Shown piece by piece: positions 63,704 to 64,000 of a stretch of 64,000 nucleotides of DNA (its first letter is position 1; each line of letters begins with the position of its first letter). The notes under the pieces are model-generated. The model ran no database searches. It saw nothing but the letters and a program-made list of their open reading frames with translations, and was not told where the DNA came from. Position numbers and translations under genes: made by a program. This DNA comes from Lepidodermella squamata (Eukaryota; Animalia; Gastrotricha): contig JBLDXI010000007.1 of assembly GCA_047495785.1 (NCBI GenBank), positions 1,798,001 through 1,862,000 of the forward strand, given 5' to 3'.

Positions 63704-64000
63704 GTCGGGTCGGGTGAATGCCAATAAACAAGTTTCTTTTACCTGGTTCTTGCGGTAGTAATCAACAGCTGAAAAGGAATTGCATACTAAACAACGTTTT
63801 CTTTGTTCAATGCTAATCGTTCTCCAGTGGAATTATAAATTCTCTCTTTACGTTGTTATATTTTCTTTCTCTCTCTCTTCTCTCTCTCACGTTGGCGGGA
63901 TACGTAGAAAGCACACGAAACAGTGACGCGTTGGATCTTATCCGTTCATTTCACTATAATGATGCTCTAGTTGAGTTGCATGCGGTTGAACGACGACAAA

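Overview
Eukaryotic, gene-dense animal (invertebrate) genomic DNA with short GT-AG introns (mostly about 50-60 nt) and abundant CpG. The species cannot be named from the sequence. From 5' to 3' the window holds: (1) a tandem array of five class C GPCR genes (Venus flytrap + 7TM, no Cys-rich domain, GABA-B-like layout), split by an apparently intact 3.66-kb PIF/Harbinger transposon; (2) a 332-aa, 14-module metallothionein-like gene flanked by foldback/MITE elements; (3) two clan-3 cytochrome P450 genes around an orphan class A GPCR; (4) a secreted protease with three trypsin domains, the middle one lacking the catalytic His; (5) five sigma-class GST genes interleaved with an SLC35D-type nucleotide-sugar transporter, an acidic orphan ORF and a 60-aa Cys/CP-motif peptide; (6) PPP2R3C and a Mask/ANKHD1 orthologue. 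Positions 1-51 kb look like a chemosensing and chemical-defence gene neighbourhood. Exon structures were read by eye and all family assignments come from motif recognition, not database searches.
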